DNA of 64,000 nt from Octopus vulgaris. Taxonomy: Eukaryota. The notes beneath the pieces are model-generated. The model ran no database searches, was not told the origin of the DNA, and saw only the letters and a list, made by a program, of their open reading frames with translations. The position numbers and the translations under genes were made by a program. Shown piece after piece: positions 37,205-51,208 of the stretch. How positions within the stretch are numbered: the first letter of the stretch is position 1; each line of letters begins with the position of its first letter. Location: assembly GCA_951406725.2 (NCBI GenBank), contig OX597815.1:23374001-23438000 (forward strand), in the 5' to 3' direction.

Positions 37205-39282
37205 CAGCAGAAAGCTCCCATCAGGAATCACTGCTGAGATGCTTAAAATATTTGGTGGTGTGGGCTATGGCCTAGTCGCCCGCATTGTAAACCAGGTAGT
37301 TCATGATGGAGTCGTACCCAATGATTGGCATAGCTGCACCATAGTCAACTGCTACAAGGGTAAAGGTGATACTCTAGATAGAAATAACTACAGAAGTATC
37401 AAACTGCTGGAAAAGGTAATGAAGATCACAGAGAGGGTTATAGCCCATCTCATTAGGGAAAGAGTCTGCTTAGATGTGATGCAGTTCAGTTTTGTGCCAA
37501 GTAGAAGCACCACTGATGCTATATTCCTGGTTTGACAACTGCGCAGGAGAAATGCCTAGCTAAAGATAAAACCCTCTACTTAGCTTTTGTGGACTTGGAG
37601 AAAGCCTTTGACAGGGTCCCCCGATCCCTTATCTGGTGGGCGATGCGGAAACTGGGGATTGACGAATGGCTAATAAGGGCTGTACAGGCCCTATGTAGAG
37701 AGGCCATTAGTAAGGTTAGGATTGGAAATGAGTATAGTGAAGTATTCCAGGTAGAAGTAGGGTCCACCAAGGATCAGCCCTCAGTCCCTTTTTATTCATC
37801 ATAGTTCTCCAGGCAATTATAGAGGAATTCCAGATGGGTTTCCCCTGTGAGCTCCACTATGCTGATGACCTGGCCCTCATAGCAGAATCACTACTAGAAC
37901 TAGAGAATAAATTTTAGATGTGGAAGCAAGGTTTAGAATCAAAAGGCCTTAGAGTTAATGTAGAAAAGACCAAAGTTCTAGTAAGTAGGAAGGCGAACTC
38001 ATCACACACCCACTCAGGTAGGTGGCCCTGCTCGATCTGTAGAAAAGGTGTAAGTAGAAACTCCATAAAATGTACCCAGTGTAAGCTATGGACACATAAG
38101 AGGTGCAGCAACGTCAAAGGAAGATTAACCAGGAAGATAGCTTTCGTGTGCGGCACATGCACAGGGGCAATAGAACCACTGATGCTCCGAAAACAGATTC
38201 CATCACACTCCAGGGGGAGAAACTCAAAGTAGTTGATAGCTTCCGCTACCTAGGTAACCAAGTTAGTAGTTGGGGGTGGATGCTCTGAGAGTGTTACCAC
38301 TAGAATAAGAATAGCCTGGGAAAAGTTTAGAAAGCTTCTGCCCTTACTGGTGATAAAGGGTCTCTTGCTCAGAGTGAAAGGTAGATTGTATGATGCATGT
38401 GTGCGAACTGCCATGCTTCACAGCAGTGAAATATGGTCCATGTCTGCGGAGGAATGCGTAGGCCCGAAAGAAATGAAGCTAGCATGATCCACTGGATGTG
38501 TAATGTCAGTGTGCACACACGACAGAGTGTAAGCTCCCTGAGAGAAATGTTGGACATAAGAAGCATTGGATGTGGCATGCAAGAGAGATGTTTGCACTGG
38601 TATGGTCGTGTACTATGGATGGATGAGGAGAGATGTGTGAAGAAGTGCCACTCCCAAACAGTTTAAGGAATCTGGGGTAGAGGTGGACCCAGGAAGAAAT
38701 GGGATGAGGTGGTGAAGCATGACCTTCGAATGTTGGGCCTCACAGAGGCAATGACGAAAGACCGAGACCTCTGGAGATATGCTGTGACTGCAAAGACCTG
38801 ACAAATAATGTGAGTTCATGGCTGTATCCTACACCAGTTTCGCATAACCAGCTCCAGCCCATTCAAAAGTACCTTGGATCATGGGGTGACCTGCTGTGCT
38901 TGAGGAGTCCTATTGAGTCAAGAACATCAACATCAAAATGAAAATCAAATGGAAATTGTAGTTGTGCCAGTGGCACATAAAAAGCACCATCTGAACATGG
39001 CCGATGCCAGTGCCGCCTTGATTGGCCTCCATGCCGGTGGCACGTAAAAAGCATCAATTGTTTGTGGCTGTTGCCAGCCTCCTCTGGCCCCTGTGCTGGT
39101 GGCACGTAAAATGCACCCACTACACACACGGAGTGGTTGGCATTAGAAAGGGCATCCAGCTGTAGAAACACTACCAGATCAGACTGGAGCCTGGTGCAGT
39201 CTCCTGGCTTTCCAGACCCCAGTTGAACTGTCCAACCCATGCTAGCATGGAAAACGAATGTTAAATGATGATGATGATGATG
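37205..39282 (+). mobile_element. 5'-truncated RTE-clade LINE (RT, PHD-like Cys cluster, 3' UTR, (GAT)n tail)
   Basis: NNYRSIKLL, STTDAIF, AFVDLEKAFDRVP and YADDL motifs; frameshifted. Confidence 0.9.
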
Positions 39283-39350
39283 AAACCGAGGTTTATATAT
39301 ATATTTAAGAAAAATAATTATTAATTTATCCATCTCTATATCATTATATG

Positions 39351-39354
<4 letters not shown>

Positions 39355-39388
<34 letters not shown>

Positions 39389-39403
39389 GCATACATATAT
39401 ATA

Positions 39404-39485
<82 letters not shown>

Positions 39486-39537
39486 TATACATACATATAT
39501 CATATATACATATATATATGTACATACATATATATGG

Positions 39538-39575
<38 letters not shown>
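39355..39575. repeat. (TA)n-rich microsatellite
   Basis: Direct reading. Confidence 0.95.
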
Positions 39576-39578
<3 letters not shown>

Positions 39579-40676
39579 GCATTCCATAAAACATTTCGTT
39601 TAACACTGTTATGGCCTTCTTTTGCTGAAAACTATGTAGTTATATGCATACTTCTAACCTGATTTTGAATTTCAGTTTTTTTATTAATAAACTTCGTAAC
39701 CAAGTCGTTGGTGTGAATTTAAAACATATTTTTAAATTTAAAAAATAGTTTGGTGAGATTGACACAGTTAATATGCCTTTTGAACTGTTGTAAGTTGATA
39801 GCTGCATGAAAACATGGGCAAAGAAGGAACATATGGGAATCAAATGTTCTGAGCTGGAAGGCCTGAGAAAAGAATTTATTGTAGGGTATGGGAAGAGTAA
39901 ACACAATATGGGTTAGGAGAAGAGGAGAGAGAGAGAGATGAATGAGGTTGGTACAAAATCAGCCAGCTCTGAGGAGCAGAAGCCACAGAAGTGGTGATAA
40001 GAAAAGTAGAGAGAAGAGATAGTAGCTCCATGCCAATCAGTCAGGTAGTCCTATTGTGAATGTGGTCTAAGGAGTCTGCATGTCTAGTAGAGCACCATCT
40101 CTGAGTTGGAGCATTATAGCATTTCTGTATTGTATTTCATTTGAGCTTTGTAAAGAGTTTGTAGTTGCTGAAAACTGAAGTATTTTCTGTGCATTTAAGT
40201 ATTACATTATATATTATCTATCATAACTGGATTTTTGTATTTATCATATCATATACCTTATTCTCATTAAAAATAAATCATATTTAAATATAAAATATAT
40301 TATATTGCATTATGTCATTAAGCATCATACTTAATTCCTATCTTCTTGGAAAACATTTTCAGAATTAAAATATTGTATTAAAAGATTGACATTGGAAAAA
40401 TATTCCAAGGCTGCCTTTTGTATGAATGATGTGTTGTTAAATGTCTGCTATCATTCCTGATATGGTGAACCTCAAATAATTTTAATCAACTGAAATTATA
40501 ATCATAATTGAAAGAAAATTAAATAGCATTAACAAAATATTATTCTGATAAGCATCATGAGGAAGAACTTCCAAAGTTTCCATTGACCAAGCATTAAATT
40601 AAGCTGTGCATAAAATTGTTTGACATTAAACGATGATGATGATTATGATATCAATCTTGTTTTGATAATCTTTCAG

Positions 40677-40736
40677 GACAACTGGCAACGTTAATTTCTT
40701 GAAATTAAGACCTTTTAAAACACTATCACATAAAAG
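40677..40736 (+). CDS. RPTP exon: juxtamembrane (TTGNVNFLKLRPFKTLSHK)
   Basis: CTTTCAG acceptor, AG/GTTGGT donor, 60 nt phase 2-2, open and phase-compatible with neighbours. Skippable in frame, so it is not required by the model. Confidence 0.65.
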
Positions 40737-42004
40737 GTTGGTTCCTTCCTTTGTTTTCTTCTTTTCTTTTGTACTAACTTGTGGTTTGTTATGGACAATA
40801 TTGTATATAGAGTGAGTTTGTTAGACCTGCTAAGCAATTATTTTGCTAACATAGAATAAGTCAGCCAATATTGTCTGACTTAAATGTTATATGTTTATAA
40901 TACACTAACACTATTTGATAATTCAAACAGGTTATTTTTTTTCTGATATTATAATTCAGTAAGGTGTGTATGATTTTAGCTTGTTGAAGCCCTTTCATTG
41001 GTAATAATATATGTGAAACTGGAGCTGTTAATCAAAAATATAGTTTCAATTTCGATGAAGTCCACAGCACCTTATTTGCCGAACCATTATTTTTTTGTCA
41101 TATAATCTGAAATTGATTTGACCAATTTTGAAGTTGTACTTGACAAATATGTGACTTGATCTGAGGATATATATTGAAACTGTAGCAATTGCACTTCAGA
41201 AGAACCATTCTAGACATTTAGATACTCATGAAACCTGTTAAATTTACTTTTAATTTATTTCACAAGGTTTCAAAATTTTGTCATCCAGCTGTGATCTAGG
41301 CGTTGACACAATTCTACTGCCTCTGATCCCATCACCCTACTTCATTTTTTTGTAAATAAATTATAGATTTTGTAGCATGGTAAAGAAATGTTCTACTTTA
41401 ATATAGCATACATTCAAAATTAACTGTCAAGAAAACAAAGAAGAAATTGTTAGAATGACAATAATATATGTAATGTTGTAAACAAGCAAATAAATGCATA
41501 AATGAATAAAACAGAAACTAAATGTGACTAATGATGATTGACTGAAGACTGATGTTATAGACTCAAGAAAATCTTCATGGTTATAGCAAGTTCATATATC
41601 CCTATATAAATTTCAACATGAAAGGAAAAAAAGAAAAAGACACACAAAAAAAAAAGAACTGCTGCCTATAATAACTTGCTATTGTCAGTCTTTCCAAGAA
41701 TTACAGTGGAGTTGCATCAGTAACCAGGTCACAGTTGGGCAAAAGAAATTTTTTTGACTTCTCATGAAATAATTTGAAAGTGAATTTCACCGTTTTTAAT
41801 GGGTTATTAAATTGATAAAATGACTCTTCTACAATGTTATTGCATTAGCATAATATTTACTAGTAATTAAAAAAGATATATGGGGTTTTCTAAGAAGAAA
41901 ATGTGCTTGCTTGATGAAACTTTTTAGATGACAGCCAATGTTGATTTTGAAAATCTAAATTTTACTATAGAATAACATTTGTAGATTCTGTAGACTCTTA
42001 GAAA

Positions 42005-42177
42005 GATTTTTTTCACGCTCAGAGTTGCTGAAGCATAGAATAAACTGCCTGCGTCAGTTGTTGACTGCCATGACACTGCATCTTTTAAGGCCCTCATGCT
42101 TTCCGAAATCCGCCGAAACTACACCTGATTATATATACACTTTAGATGAGTTGTAGTGCACCTGAGCACTGTACACA

Positions 42178-42216
<39 letters not shown>

Positions 42217-43235
42217 GATCAAGGAAAATGAGCTTTTGAGATATAGGAAGTAGTTTTAACCTCAGTGATTTCTTAATTTCTTTTTTCCAAGTTATCATTT
42301 CAAGTTCTTAAAACATAATCCTATGGACTCATTTTCTGCAAGTGGGGCAAAGCTAATACCACATATATCAGGAATCATCACAAAATTAGAGTTATTGTAA
42401 TTTTAATGTCATAACTCAATATTTTAAAGCTTCAACATTTGTTAACATGAGTGTTTAATTTCCTGCAGACCATACAAAATCAAGAATTTTCTACATATGG
42501 ATTCAAAAACTTTTATCCAAGATTATAAGGTAATCCACTTTAAATCATTTGATTGTTTACATTTAATCTCTTAGGTTAAGAGAATAAGAAAAATGTTTGG
42601 CATGTATCTCAAAAGTGAAAAAAAAAAAAAGGAAAATATCTTGTTTAAAAGTTCATCAACCAACTGAAATTTAGATAGTTTTGATAAACAGAAGAGATAA
42701 AAAGATGAGATTGGTAAGATTGGGAGAATACAGACATCTATAATGAAATAATTGGGTGATTTTACTATGATATATGATGTTATACATACAAAAAGCTGCA
42801 GCAGGTTGAGTAGGGATGGAAATGGATTACAAACACCCACAAAATTATTAACCATTGTGCCAACAACCACCTTGAGCAACTTTTTGAGCTTCATGTGTCT
42901 AACACACATGGGCATGCCTACAAAGTCAGAAAGCAGCACAGCTCCCATGACTTTTGGAAACATTTTTTCACACTCAGAGTTGTCAAAGAATGGAACAAAC
43001 TATCTGCATCGGTTATTAGTTGCAGAGACATTGCATCCTTTAAAACCTCCATGTTTCCTAAAATTCACCAACACTACACCTGATATCCCCTGCTCCATAT
43101 GCATGTACACATGTGTATCATAATTCATACACTGTTCACTTTCCTGACTTTTGTACATAATTGTATGTACTGTACATACACCTCTGATGAGGTGTAAGTG
43201 CACCTGAGCACTATAAACAGTAATTTCATTATTAT
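42005..43235 (+). mobile_element. Two CR1-like 3' fragments (42005-42215 with (ATT)n tail; 42790-43235) flanking exon 42469-42529
   Basis: Reverse complement of parts of 34880-35374. Confidence 0.8.
42469..42529 (+). CDS. RPTP exon: pre-PTP helix (RPYKIKNFLHMDSKTFIQDYK)
   Basis: TCCTGCAG acceptor, AAG/GTAATC donor, phase 2-0; resembles the RP..I..F...F..EY segment that precedes RPTP domains. Confidence 0.8.
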
Positions 43236-43703
43236 ATATAATATTTATATGTCACCACGAATGTGATGCCTTCCTGAGAAGGACAGGGAGAAAGAAAGCA
43301 CTCTCAAAATTCTAGTTTTTGTTCCTTTATGATGAGTGCATTTGGATAACAAACTGCTTGAGATTTCTGCAATGGATGACACACTTTGTAAGTTCTTGTT
43401 TCCCATAGTTATAAATAGGTTGTTTTCCAAGTGAAGCTCATAACAAATTGCTTATTTCAGTAGCAGGAAATACACCAAAGCAACGAAAGAACTGCCATTA
43501 ATTATATCTGGGCCAAAACACGCCTTAGATATTTGTGTGCTAACTTAAGAATATTCTTTTGATAAATAATAATTGGGACATATTAACGAAACTGGAATTT
43601 GATGTTTTTCTTTTTCTTATCAGGAGATTGGTGATGGCAATTTATAATGATAAAACCAGATAATGAACAGTAAAACAAACAATAATTACACGTTTCATTT
43701 CAG

Positions 43704-43836
43704 ATTATAGGCAAAGTGAATCCATTTATTCTTACTGAGGAATCTGACCAGACCTCAAATGATACATTCCTACCCTGTACTGAAGCTCAAAAGCTTCAAA
43801 ATAAAAAGAAGAATCGATTTTTGAATGTGTTACCAT
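43704..43836 (+). CDS. RPTP exon: PTP motif 1 (...NKKKNRFLNVLP)
   Basis: TTTCAG acceptor, GTACGT donor, phase 0-1; KNR(Y/F) pTyr-recognition loop. Confidence 0.9.
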
Positions 43837-43859
43837 GTACGTAGATCTTTATTCTTCCT

Positions 43860-44072
43860 TTCTTTTCTTTTACTTGTTTCAGTCATATGACTGTGGCCAT
43901 GCTGGATCACCGCCTTTAATCGAGCAACTTGACCCCGGGACTTATTTTTGTAAGCCCAGTACTTATTCTATCGGTCTCTTTTGCCGAACCGCTAAGTGAC
44001 GGGGACGTAAACACACCAGCATCGGTTGTCAAGCAATTCTAGGGGGACAAACACAGACACACAAACACACAC

Positions 44073-44137
<65 letters not shown>

Positions 44138-44300
44138 TACGACAGGCTTCTTTCAGTTTCCGTCTACCAAATCCACTCACAAGGCATTGGTCGGCCCGAG
44201 GCTATAGCAGAAGACACTTGCCCAAAATGCCATGCAGTGGGACTGAACCCAGAACCATGTGGTTGGTAGGTAAGCTACTTACCACACAGCCACTCCTGCA
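43860..44300 (-). mobile_element. SINE family A copy
   Basis: Matches 594-980. Confidence 0.85.
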
Positions 44301-44774
44301 GAATAATTCAGCACTGAAAATATTCCGGTTAAATTTAAAATTTAAAAATAGGATAAAATCTTTATAAGAAATTTATCAATTTATCAAAAAAAAAATGACT
44401 GAAGTAGTCAGGGAAGATCATGCTTGACCACCTTGTCTCATGTCTTCCTGAATCTATCTCTTCTACGGATCCCCTCCATCGTCAGAGATCAGCACTTCTT
44501 TGCACAACTGTCCTGTGCCATTGTTAGGGTTGATTCAAGTATGTACGTAGATACAGATGTAATGGATTAGATTCATATAGGAGCATAGGTTAAAGATAGG
44601 TCAAAAATAGGTAAAACTTAGTACTTTTGATTGAATTGTTGCCTCTGAGAAAGTCCTCAAATGGCTTTGTAAACAAAGATCAGTATTACTGTTTGATATT
44701 AATAAAGTTTTTAAATACATTTTTCCCATCGCTATTTGTGTTTCTGATAGAAACATATCTGTATGTACTTAGAT

Positions 44775-45142
44775 GTAAAAAGCACCATCCGAATCGTGGC
44801 CGATGCCAGCGCCGCCTCGACTGGCTTCCGTGTCGGTGGCACGTAAAAAGCACTATCCAAATCGTGGCCGAAGCCAGTGCCGCCTCGACTGGCTTCCGTG
44901 CAGGTGGCACGTAAAATGCACCAATCCGACCTTGGCCATTGCCAACCTCGCCTGACACCAGTGCAGGTGGCACGTAAAAAGCACCCACTACACTCACGGA
45001 GTGGTTGGCATTAGGAAGGGCATCCAGCTGTAGAAACATTGCCAGATAAGACCGGAGCCTGGTGCAGCCTTCTGGCTTCCCAGATCCCCGGTCGAACCGT
45101 CCAACCCATGCTAGCATGGAGAGCGGACGTTAAACGATGATG
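44775..45142 (+). mobile_element. RTE-tail-derived repeat; further copies at 36690-36930, 53570-53950, 57010-57295(-), 58465-58690(-), 62625-62845
   Basis: Tandem GTGGCACGTAAAA(A/T)GCAC units and a CATGCTAGCATG-(GAT)n tail. Confidence 0.8.
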
Positions 45143-45405
45143 TAGGCATCTAAACATTTACACACACACACTCACACACATGCACAGACACATGCACGCA
45201 CACACGCATGCACACACATATGAAAATCTAGAAGTTAAGTTGTTATTAGAAGTAATTTACATATGTTTCTAGCTTATTCAAAACTCATCCTTTAAACCCC
45301 AAGTGACCTTCTGTCATAAAATAAAGACGTTCCTAGAGATTATAAATTTATACCACTCCCTGTACTCCCTTTGTTGTTTCATATATGTTATATTCATTTT
45401 TCAAG

Positions 45406-45482
45406 TTGACCATAGCCGAGTGCAACTAGATGTAATTGATGATGACCCTTTCACAGATTATATCAATGCCAACTATATCACG
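45406..45482 (+). CDS. RPTP exon: FDHSRVQL...DYINANYIT
   Basis: PTP motifs DxxRVxL and DYINA; AAG acceptor after a T-rich tract, GTAAGT donor, phase 1-0. Confidence 0.93.
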
Positions 45483-45586
45483 GTAAGTATTGGCTCATCC
45501 ACAACACAGTGCTTTGCTTTTTCTTAATCATCCTTTCATTTCATTGAATGTCATTGTAATGATATGTTCTTCTGGTCTGTCTTTAA

Positions 45587-45807
45587 CCCTTTAGTGTTTA
45601 AACTGGCCAAATCCGGCCCAATATATTCTACATGTTTTATATTCAAACTGGCTAGATCTGGCCTCCCACACCTAACCTACATTGACATTCTAAAAATAAA
45701 CAATCACATGATTGAAACCTCAAAGCTATAACATAATGCATGATTAATTCAAAACAATTTAAATAAAAAAGCATTACATTTAACAGAGTAATCTGATCAC
45801 TAAAGGG
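45587..45807. mobile_element. TTAA-flanked MITE
   Basis: TTAA-CCCTTTAGTG...CACTAAAGGG-TTAA. Confidence 0.75.
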
Positions 45808-48335
45808 TTAAATATATCTATCAAGAAAACATTGTTTCTTTTAAGATGAAGTAGACCTGGGCCTACAACATAATTCTGTGATTGTTAGAAACTCATTTAC
45901 TTTACGTTTATCTTATTCAATGTTAATAAAATATAGTGTAAAGATTCAGTTTTAACTTGGTTCACAAAGACCTAAAATCTAGGAATCTGCTGTTATCTCA
46001 ATATTTATTTAGCATTTTTTTTATTTTTTAGCAGTCCTCACCTTCCACTTGCAACAATTACCATTGTGACTGTAAAGAGTTTTTCAATAACATTGCATAC
46101 AAAAGTGTTTATAACTCTTGTGACACACAAATGATTAGATACCTCTCCATGTGCTAATCACTGTAAAATGATGGAAAAAATGTAGCCTTACTGGGAGAAA
46201 AAGCAGTTTTGATGGCAACTGTAATTTTGTACCATAAAGATTTGTAGGAAACAGATATTGTATGACATTCAAATGCTGCCAAAGACTGGCTCATGAATTA
46301 TGCTTATGGAAAGATTATTTCTACTCTGTGCTAAATGTTCTATAAATTCTCTGATTATTGGTTTCAAATTTTGGCTCAAGGTCTGCAATTTTAGAGAAGC
46401 AGGCAAGTCAATTACATCAACCCCAATAATCAACTGGTACTTATTTTATCTACCCTGAAAAGATGAAAGGCAAAGTCAACTTTGGTGCAATTTGAACTCA
46501 GAACGTAAAGACAAACAAAATGCCACTAAGCATTTTACCTGGTGTGTTAACAATTCTGGCAGCTTACCACCTTAAACTTTCTGAATAGAAAGGAAATATG
46601 CAATGCATGGTCCATCAACCATGTCTGTAGCTCTTACTATCTCAAAGCAATCCTCTCATAAACCATAAGACATAGGGCTGGGATTTAAATCAGTTTTCTG
46701 TAGCATTATGTTAACCAAAGAAACGGCCTGTTTCTTTGGTTAAGTTGAAATCATAAAAATTCTTCAACTGAACATATCGTTGCTATTATGCAAAAGTGTT
46801 GTAAGTCCAAAACATTGCTTTTTCAGAAAATGAAAAAAAAAAAAAATAGTTTCACCATTCCATAGCAAAAGTGTTGTACTACACTTTGACAATTTTTCAT
46901 AGCTTGCCATCTGAAGCAGCTGGGGATATGACAGTTTGACCAAAAGAACTGGCTATTGCAAGCAAAAATAGATACTGAAAAAAATGCATTTGGCCAAATT
47001 TGGATGTACGACAGTTTAACATAATAGCAGCAATATGCAAACAACTTCTCCAGTTCTTGAATTTATCCTTCTCACCTAGAATAGTCACCACAGGCTTATA
47101 AATAGTGAAAATAATCCCAGTATTCAAAAATATTACCACTGTGATGCAATAACTATAGGCCTATTTTTGCAACCATTAAGAAGATAATGTATTCATATCT
47201 AACAACTTTACTTCAGAAATTTCAGTACCTGTATTCTATGTAACTGTAGTTTCCGAAAGATCCATTTGGCAATGTATGCCCTAATGAATATTACACAGAG
47301 CTTTAATCAATTCAAGGCTTTGATAAAAGGCAGATATCTAAGGTACTGTGCAGTGAAATCAGGACAAGACTCCAAACCATGAGGCTGCAAAGCAACCTTC
47401 TAAACCATACAGCCATGTCTGCCTCTCTTGTCTTCTGAGGTTCTAACAAGACTCAGGCATTTTGTGAAAGAACAAATCCTTATCCCTATTATATTAGGTA
47501 TTGTTTTACTCACACATATCTTACCTCAATGAAATACAGGGGAAATACGAGACATTATTTGCCCCGTAAATAATGTTCTTTTTCTCTCGCTTATCTTTTA
47601 TTTAAAGCTTATTTTTCATCGATGGAAGATTTTAAAATCCTCAGATCTAGTAAAATGTTTAAAGACTAGCAAAATGTTTATGCAGATATTCATAAATGTG
47701 ATGGCTCAACTGGAACTCTTATTGTCTTGACCTGAAATACCTCTATCTTTCAATTCAATTCATGTACACAGACACGGATGTACACATAGACACACATGCA
47801 TACACGCACACTGTTTCTACATGGTTGCACAAACCATAAGGTGGTGAGCTGGCAGAAACGTTAGTATGCCGGGCGAAATGCTTAGCAGTATTTCGTCTGC
47901 CACTGCGTTCTGAGTTTAAATTCCACCGAGGTTGACTTTGTCTTTCATCCCTTCAGGGTCGATTAAATAAGTACCAGTTACACACTGGGGTCGATGTAAC
48001 TGACTTAATCCATTTGTCCTTGTTTGTCCCCTTGTGGGTGTGTAGTAAAGAAACAGGTTGCACAAACTGCTTGAAATATCAACTAAATCTCCTTTGACAA
48101 TTTATTTTTAAAAACATTGGATAATATAAACTTTAATCTACAAAAAAGATGAGATGATTATGTTTAGAATACCTTTGATCATAAGTTTGCTCGGTCAGAC
48201 ATGACCTGGGGCTAAACAACAAGATATGAATAAATTTCACTCAATGTCGGCTCGGTTTCAAATAATATAAATTAAAATTAAGATACAGTGCTAATGATGT
48301 CTAATCGTCTTCTTTTTTTTTTTTTCCACTTGCAG

Positions 48336-48470
48336 GGCTACAACCAAGAAAAGGAATATATTGCATGCCAAGGCCCTTTGATTCACACAGTTGATGACTT
48401 CTGGAGAATGGTCTGGCAGGAAAATATCAACCTTATAGTAATGTTAACCCTCTGTGAAGAGAATGGAAAA
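48336..48470 (+). CDS. RPTP exon: [14 protein letters not shown]...DFWRMVWQE...IVMLT
   Basis: PTP motifs YIAxQGP, FWxMxW and IVMxT; strong acceptor and donor; 135 nt phase 0-0. Confidence 0.96.
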
Positions 48471-49728
48471 GTAAGTCTTCTGTCACTGATCCATTAACAA
48501 CAATATGACTTCCTTTCTCATTCCACCTACATTCTCTCTCTCTCTTCCACCCTTGCCCTTTCCCTCTCTTTCTCTCCTCTCTCTCTCTCTCTTTTCCTCG
48601 CTTTCAGATATGAAAGGCAAAGGACAAATACATTAGATCCTTTACCCCGTATTGCAGCTGACTGTGAAAGCAAAGTGTAATTGCATGTGAATGCATGAAT
48701 GGGTCAGCAAATGTGAAAATGGTTTTGCAGATGAAACGAAGGGCCTTTGTATTTGTTGTAGTTAAAATAAGGTTTATTGTATGAATGCTTATAAAAGTTA
48801 ATATGGAATCATCTCAGTTCAAATGTATCTATATGTGTAGTAATATATGCGCAAATGTCTAAAGTATGTGAGCATATTAATTTATCGGGAATTCGGATGA
48901 TTGTATGTGTAATTGCGACACATGGGTTGGCTGAGCAGTTAGTAGTAATCACTGAATGACTAGGAAGTGAAACTTGATTTTAGGAATTACAACCATGTTT
49001 CGTGGTCTGCTACCACAACAGCTCCTTTATAGGATCCAGTTAGCTCAAGACATCATCAGGAGGAACCACATTCGGTTTCGGCCCCTACTCCTCTACCGTT
49101 TTGACGTGGCGCTCCCCCCCCTTTCGGAGGTGTCTTCAGCTCTGGTGTTGAGTGCATGTCTTCTTTCTTCTGTTCCCTGGCCTCTTCGATGTGATGTATC
49201 GTTAGCGAGTGTCAGCCAGTGACTGACTGTGTTGTCAAATTTCTCCCTTTAAATACCTGCCGCATAGGCTCCAGCAGGCAGCCCCAGCAAGTTGTCACAT
49301 GACACTGTCTCACCTTGAAATGAAAATAGTAGCAACAGAAAGCATTGTCTCATGTGGAAGAGAGGTATTTTAGCCCAAGGCTAGCTTGAGCAAGATCTAA
49401 AGGATTTCTTCTGTCCTGAGGGAGCTAGTTGAAAGTAAGACATGAAGTATTCCAATGGTGTATATATATATATATATATGTATGTATCAGAAAAGTAGGT
49501 CACTAATTACTGGAAAGAATGCTATTTCTGTATACATTTGAGGCTAGCAGATGAATAATGAGACAGAAGTTACTAAGATGAAGAGTTGCTTACAATAACA
49601 ATGGGAAAGCAAGCCAAGATCCACCATATAAGAATCAAAAGTTTAACAAGTTGAATCTCAGTGATTTTTTTTTTTTTTTGTTATATATATATATCCAACT
49701 CTTTAATGAATTCTCTTAGGGATTAATT

Positions 49729-50145
49729 GGAATCTTTTCGGTTTGAACGGCAGTTTTTAACATAATTTCTAGGAAACTAAAAAAATTTTAAACTTCGTAT
49801 ACTGGTAGAATGTGTTTATAAAACATCTTTTTCTCTCGGCTTTATTGAGAAAATTCTATAGTTTGTAAGATATTTGTTGTTGTTTTTTTCTTCAACTTCT
49901 GCAATTTCAACCAATCACTGACATCTGTTGAGGTAAAAAACATTCTGTGCCGTATGAATATGTCGCTCATTTAAGAAACAGATTGGGTTTATTTACATTT
50001 GTGAAGAAGAAAAGATACCCTTCCCCCCCACCCCTAACCCTAACCCAGATTGAAATGCAATAGATCGATATTAGGGTTATAATTATGGGTGACAATTTCA
50101 TATGACACCGCTAGAAAAAACTGCTCTTTCAAACTGAAAAGATCC
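49729..50145. mobile_element. MITE with ~30-bp imperfect TIRs
   Basis: GGAATCTTTTCGGTTTGAACGGCAGTTTTT / AAAAACTGCTCTTTCAAACTGAAAAGATCC; ATTAATT on both flanks; internal (CCCTAA)2. Confidence 0.75.
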
Positions 50146-50225
50146 ATTAATTGTTGCCAACTTAGCCCCGTCACCAGCTTCCAGATATATCCTAGTCATA
50201 TAACTTCTGTTCTATTATTTTGCAG

Positions 50226-50351
50226 CACAAGTGTTACCCATACTGGCCGAAGAAAGAGAAATTAAAAGTTATCAGCCGTGATTTATTGCTTGAAACCGAT
50301 GTAGTCATCAATCATGAATACTACAACGAGAGTAGCATTCTTGTGAATATG
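50226..50351 (+). CDS. RPTP exon: HKCYPYWP...
   Basis: KCxxYWP motif; TTTTGCAG acceptor, GTACAG donor, 126 nt phase 0-0. Confidence 0.9.
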
Positions 50352-50762
50352 GTACAGTCAAATTGCTTTTTTGATCTCTTATATCTCACACATAATAAAT
50401 ATTTACACACACACACACACATACACACACACACCATTCGTGTTTTTTATTTCTGTTTTTTATATATATTTTTGTTTCTTGTATTTATATTCGTGTGGCA
50501 TCCTGTCTTTGTTCCGTATACGTTCGACCCTCTTTCCAAGAAATCCAATGCCTGTGGCTTGGTTTTTTCCTTGGGGCTGGCCGGGTCGGAGTGATATCGA
50601 GATTAAACAGCTGAAATCACTAAGATGATCCGGTTCCCGACTGAAGATTAGAGGCTTCGAGTGACCCGGCTGTTTTTTTGTGTCGTCTCCTTGTGTGTTT
50701 TTGCGTTCTTGTCCCACTTTGTAATTTATATTTTATATTTAATTTCCATACATATATATATA

Positions 50763-51208
50763 CTAGCAGCATAGCCCGGCATTGCCCGGGTATGTAAGAG
50801 CCCCTAGTAGGCAACGATTAATCCCAATCTAGTCCTTTCCCTCTAGGGAACGAAGGCGCATGTGTAGGTTGCAATGTCTCCTCTTCACTCAAATACTTCT
50901 GTGTATACTATGTTCCTAGCTGTCCCTTTGGGCGAAAACATGAAAACATCATTGCGCCTCCCAACGCGTGAACAGCCGACGTACAGTCCAGAAAATGTGT
51001 TGCATATAAAAAGCTGAGATTCTTGACCCCATGTCGAATCTATCGATTTTTTTCAAAACTGGGGGAACTTTTCAAAATTTTCGCTGCGTTAGTTTTGAAT
51101 TATGACATTGGGCTATGTGTGTGTCAAGTTTCATCAGAATCGGTTGAAAGCCGTGGTCAGGGTGAGGGTACAACCTAACAGACAAACTGCCGTTTATATA
51201 TAGAGAGA
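50763..51208 (-). mobile_element. Short non-autonomous Helitron-like element
   Basis: Minus strand A|TC...CCCGGGCAATGCCGGG-CTATGCTGCTAG|T. Confidence 0.7.

Noticed and set aside
44775-45000. Regularly spaced GTGGCACGTAAAAAGCAC repeats resembling a CRISPR array
   Set aside because: Spacers are similar to each other, the context is a eukaryotic retroelement 3' region and no cas genes are present.
50031-50047. Telomere-like (CCCTAA)n
   Set aside because: Only about two units, inside a MITE.
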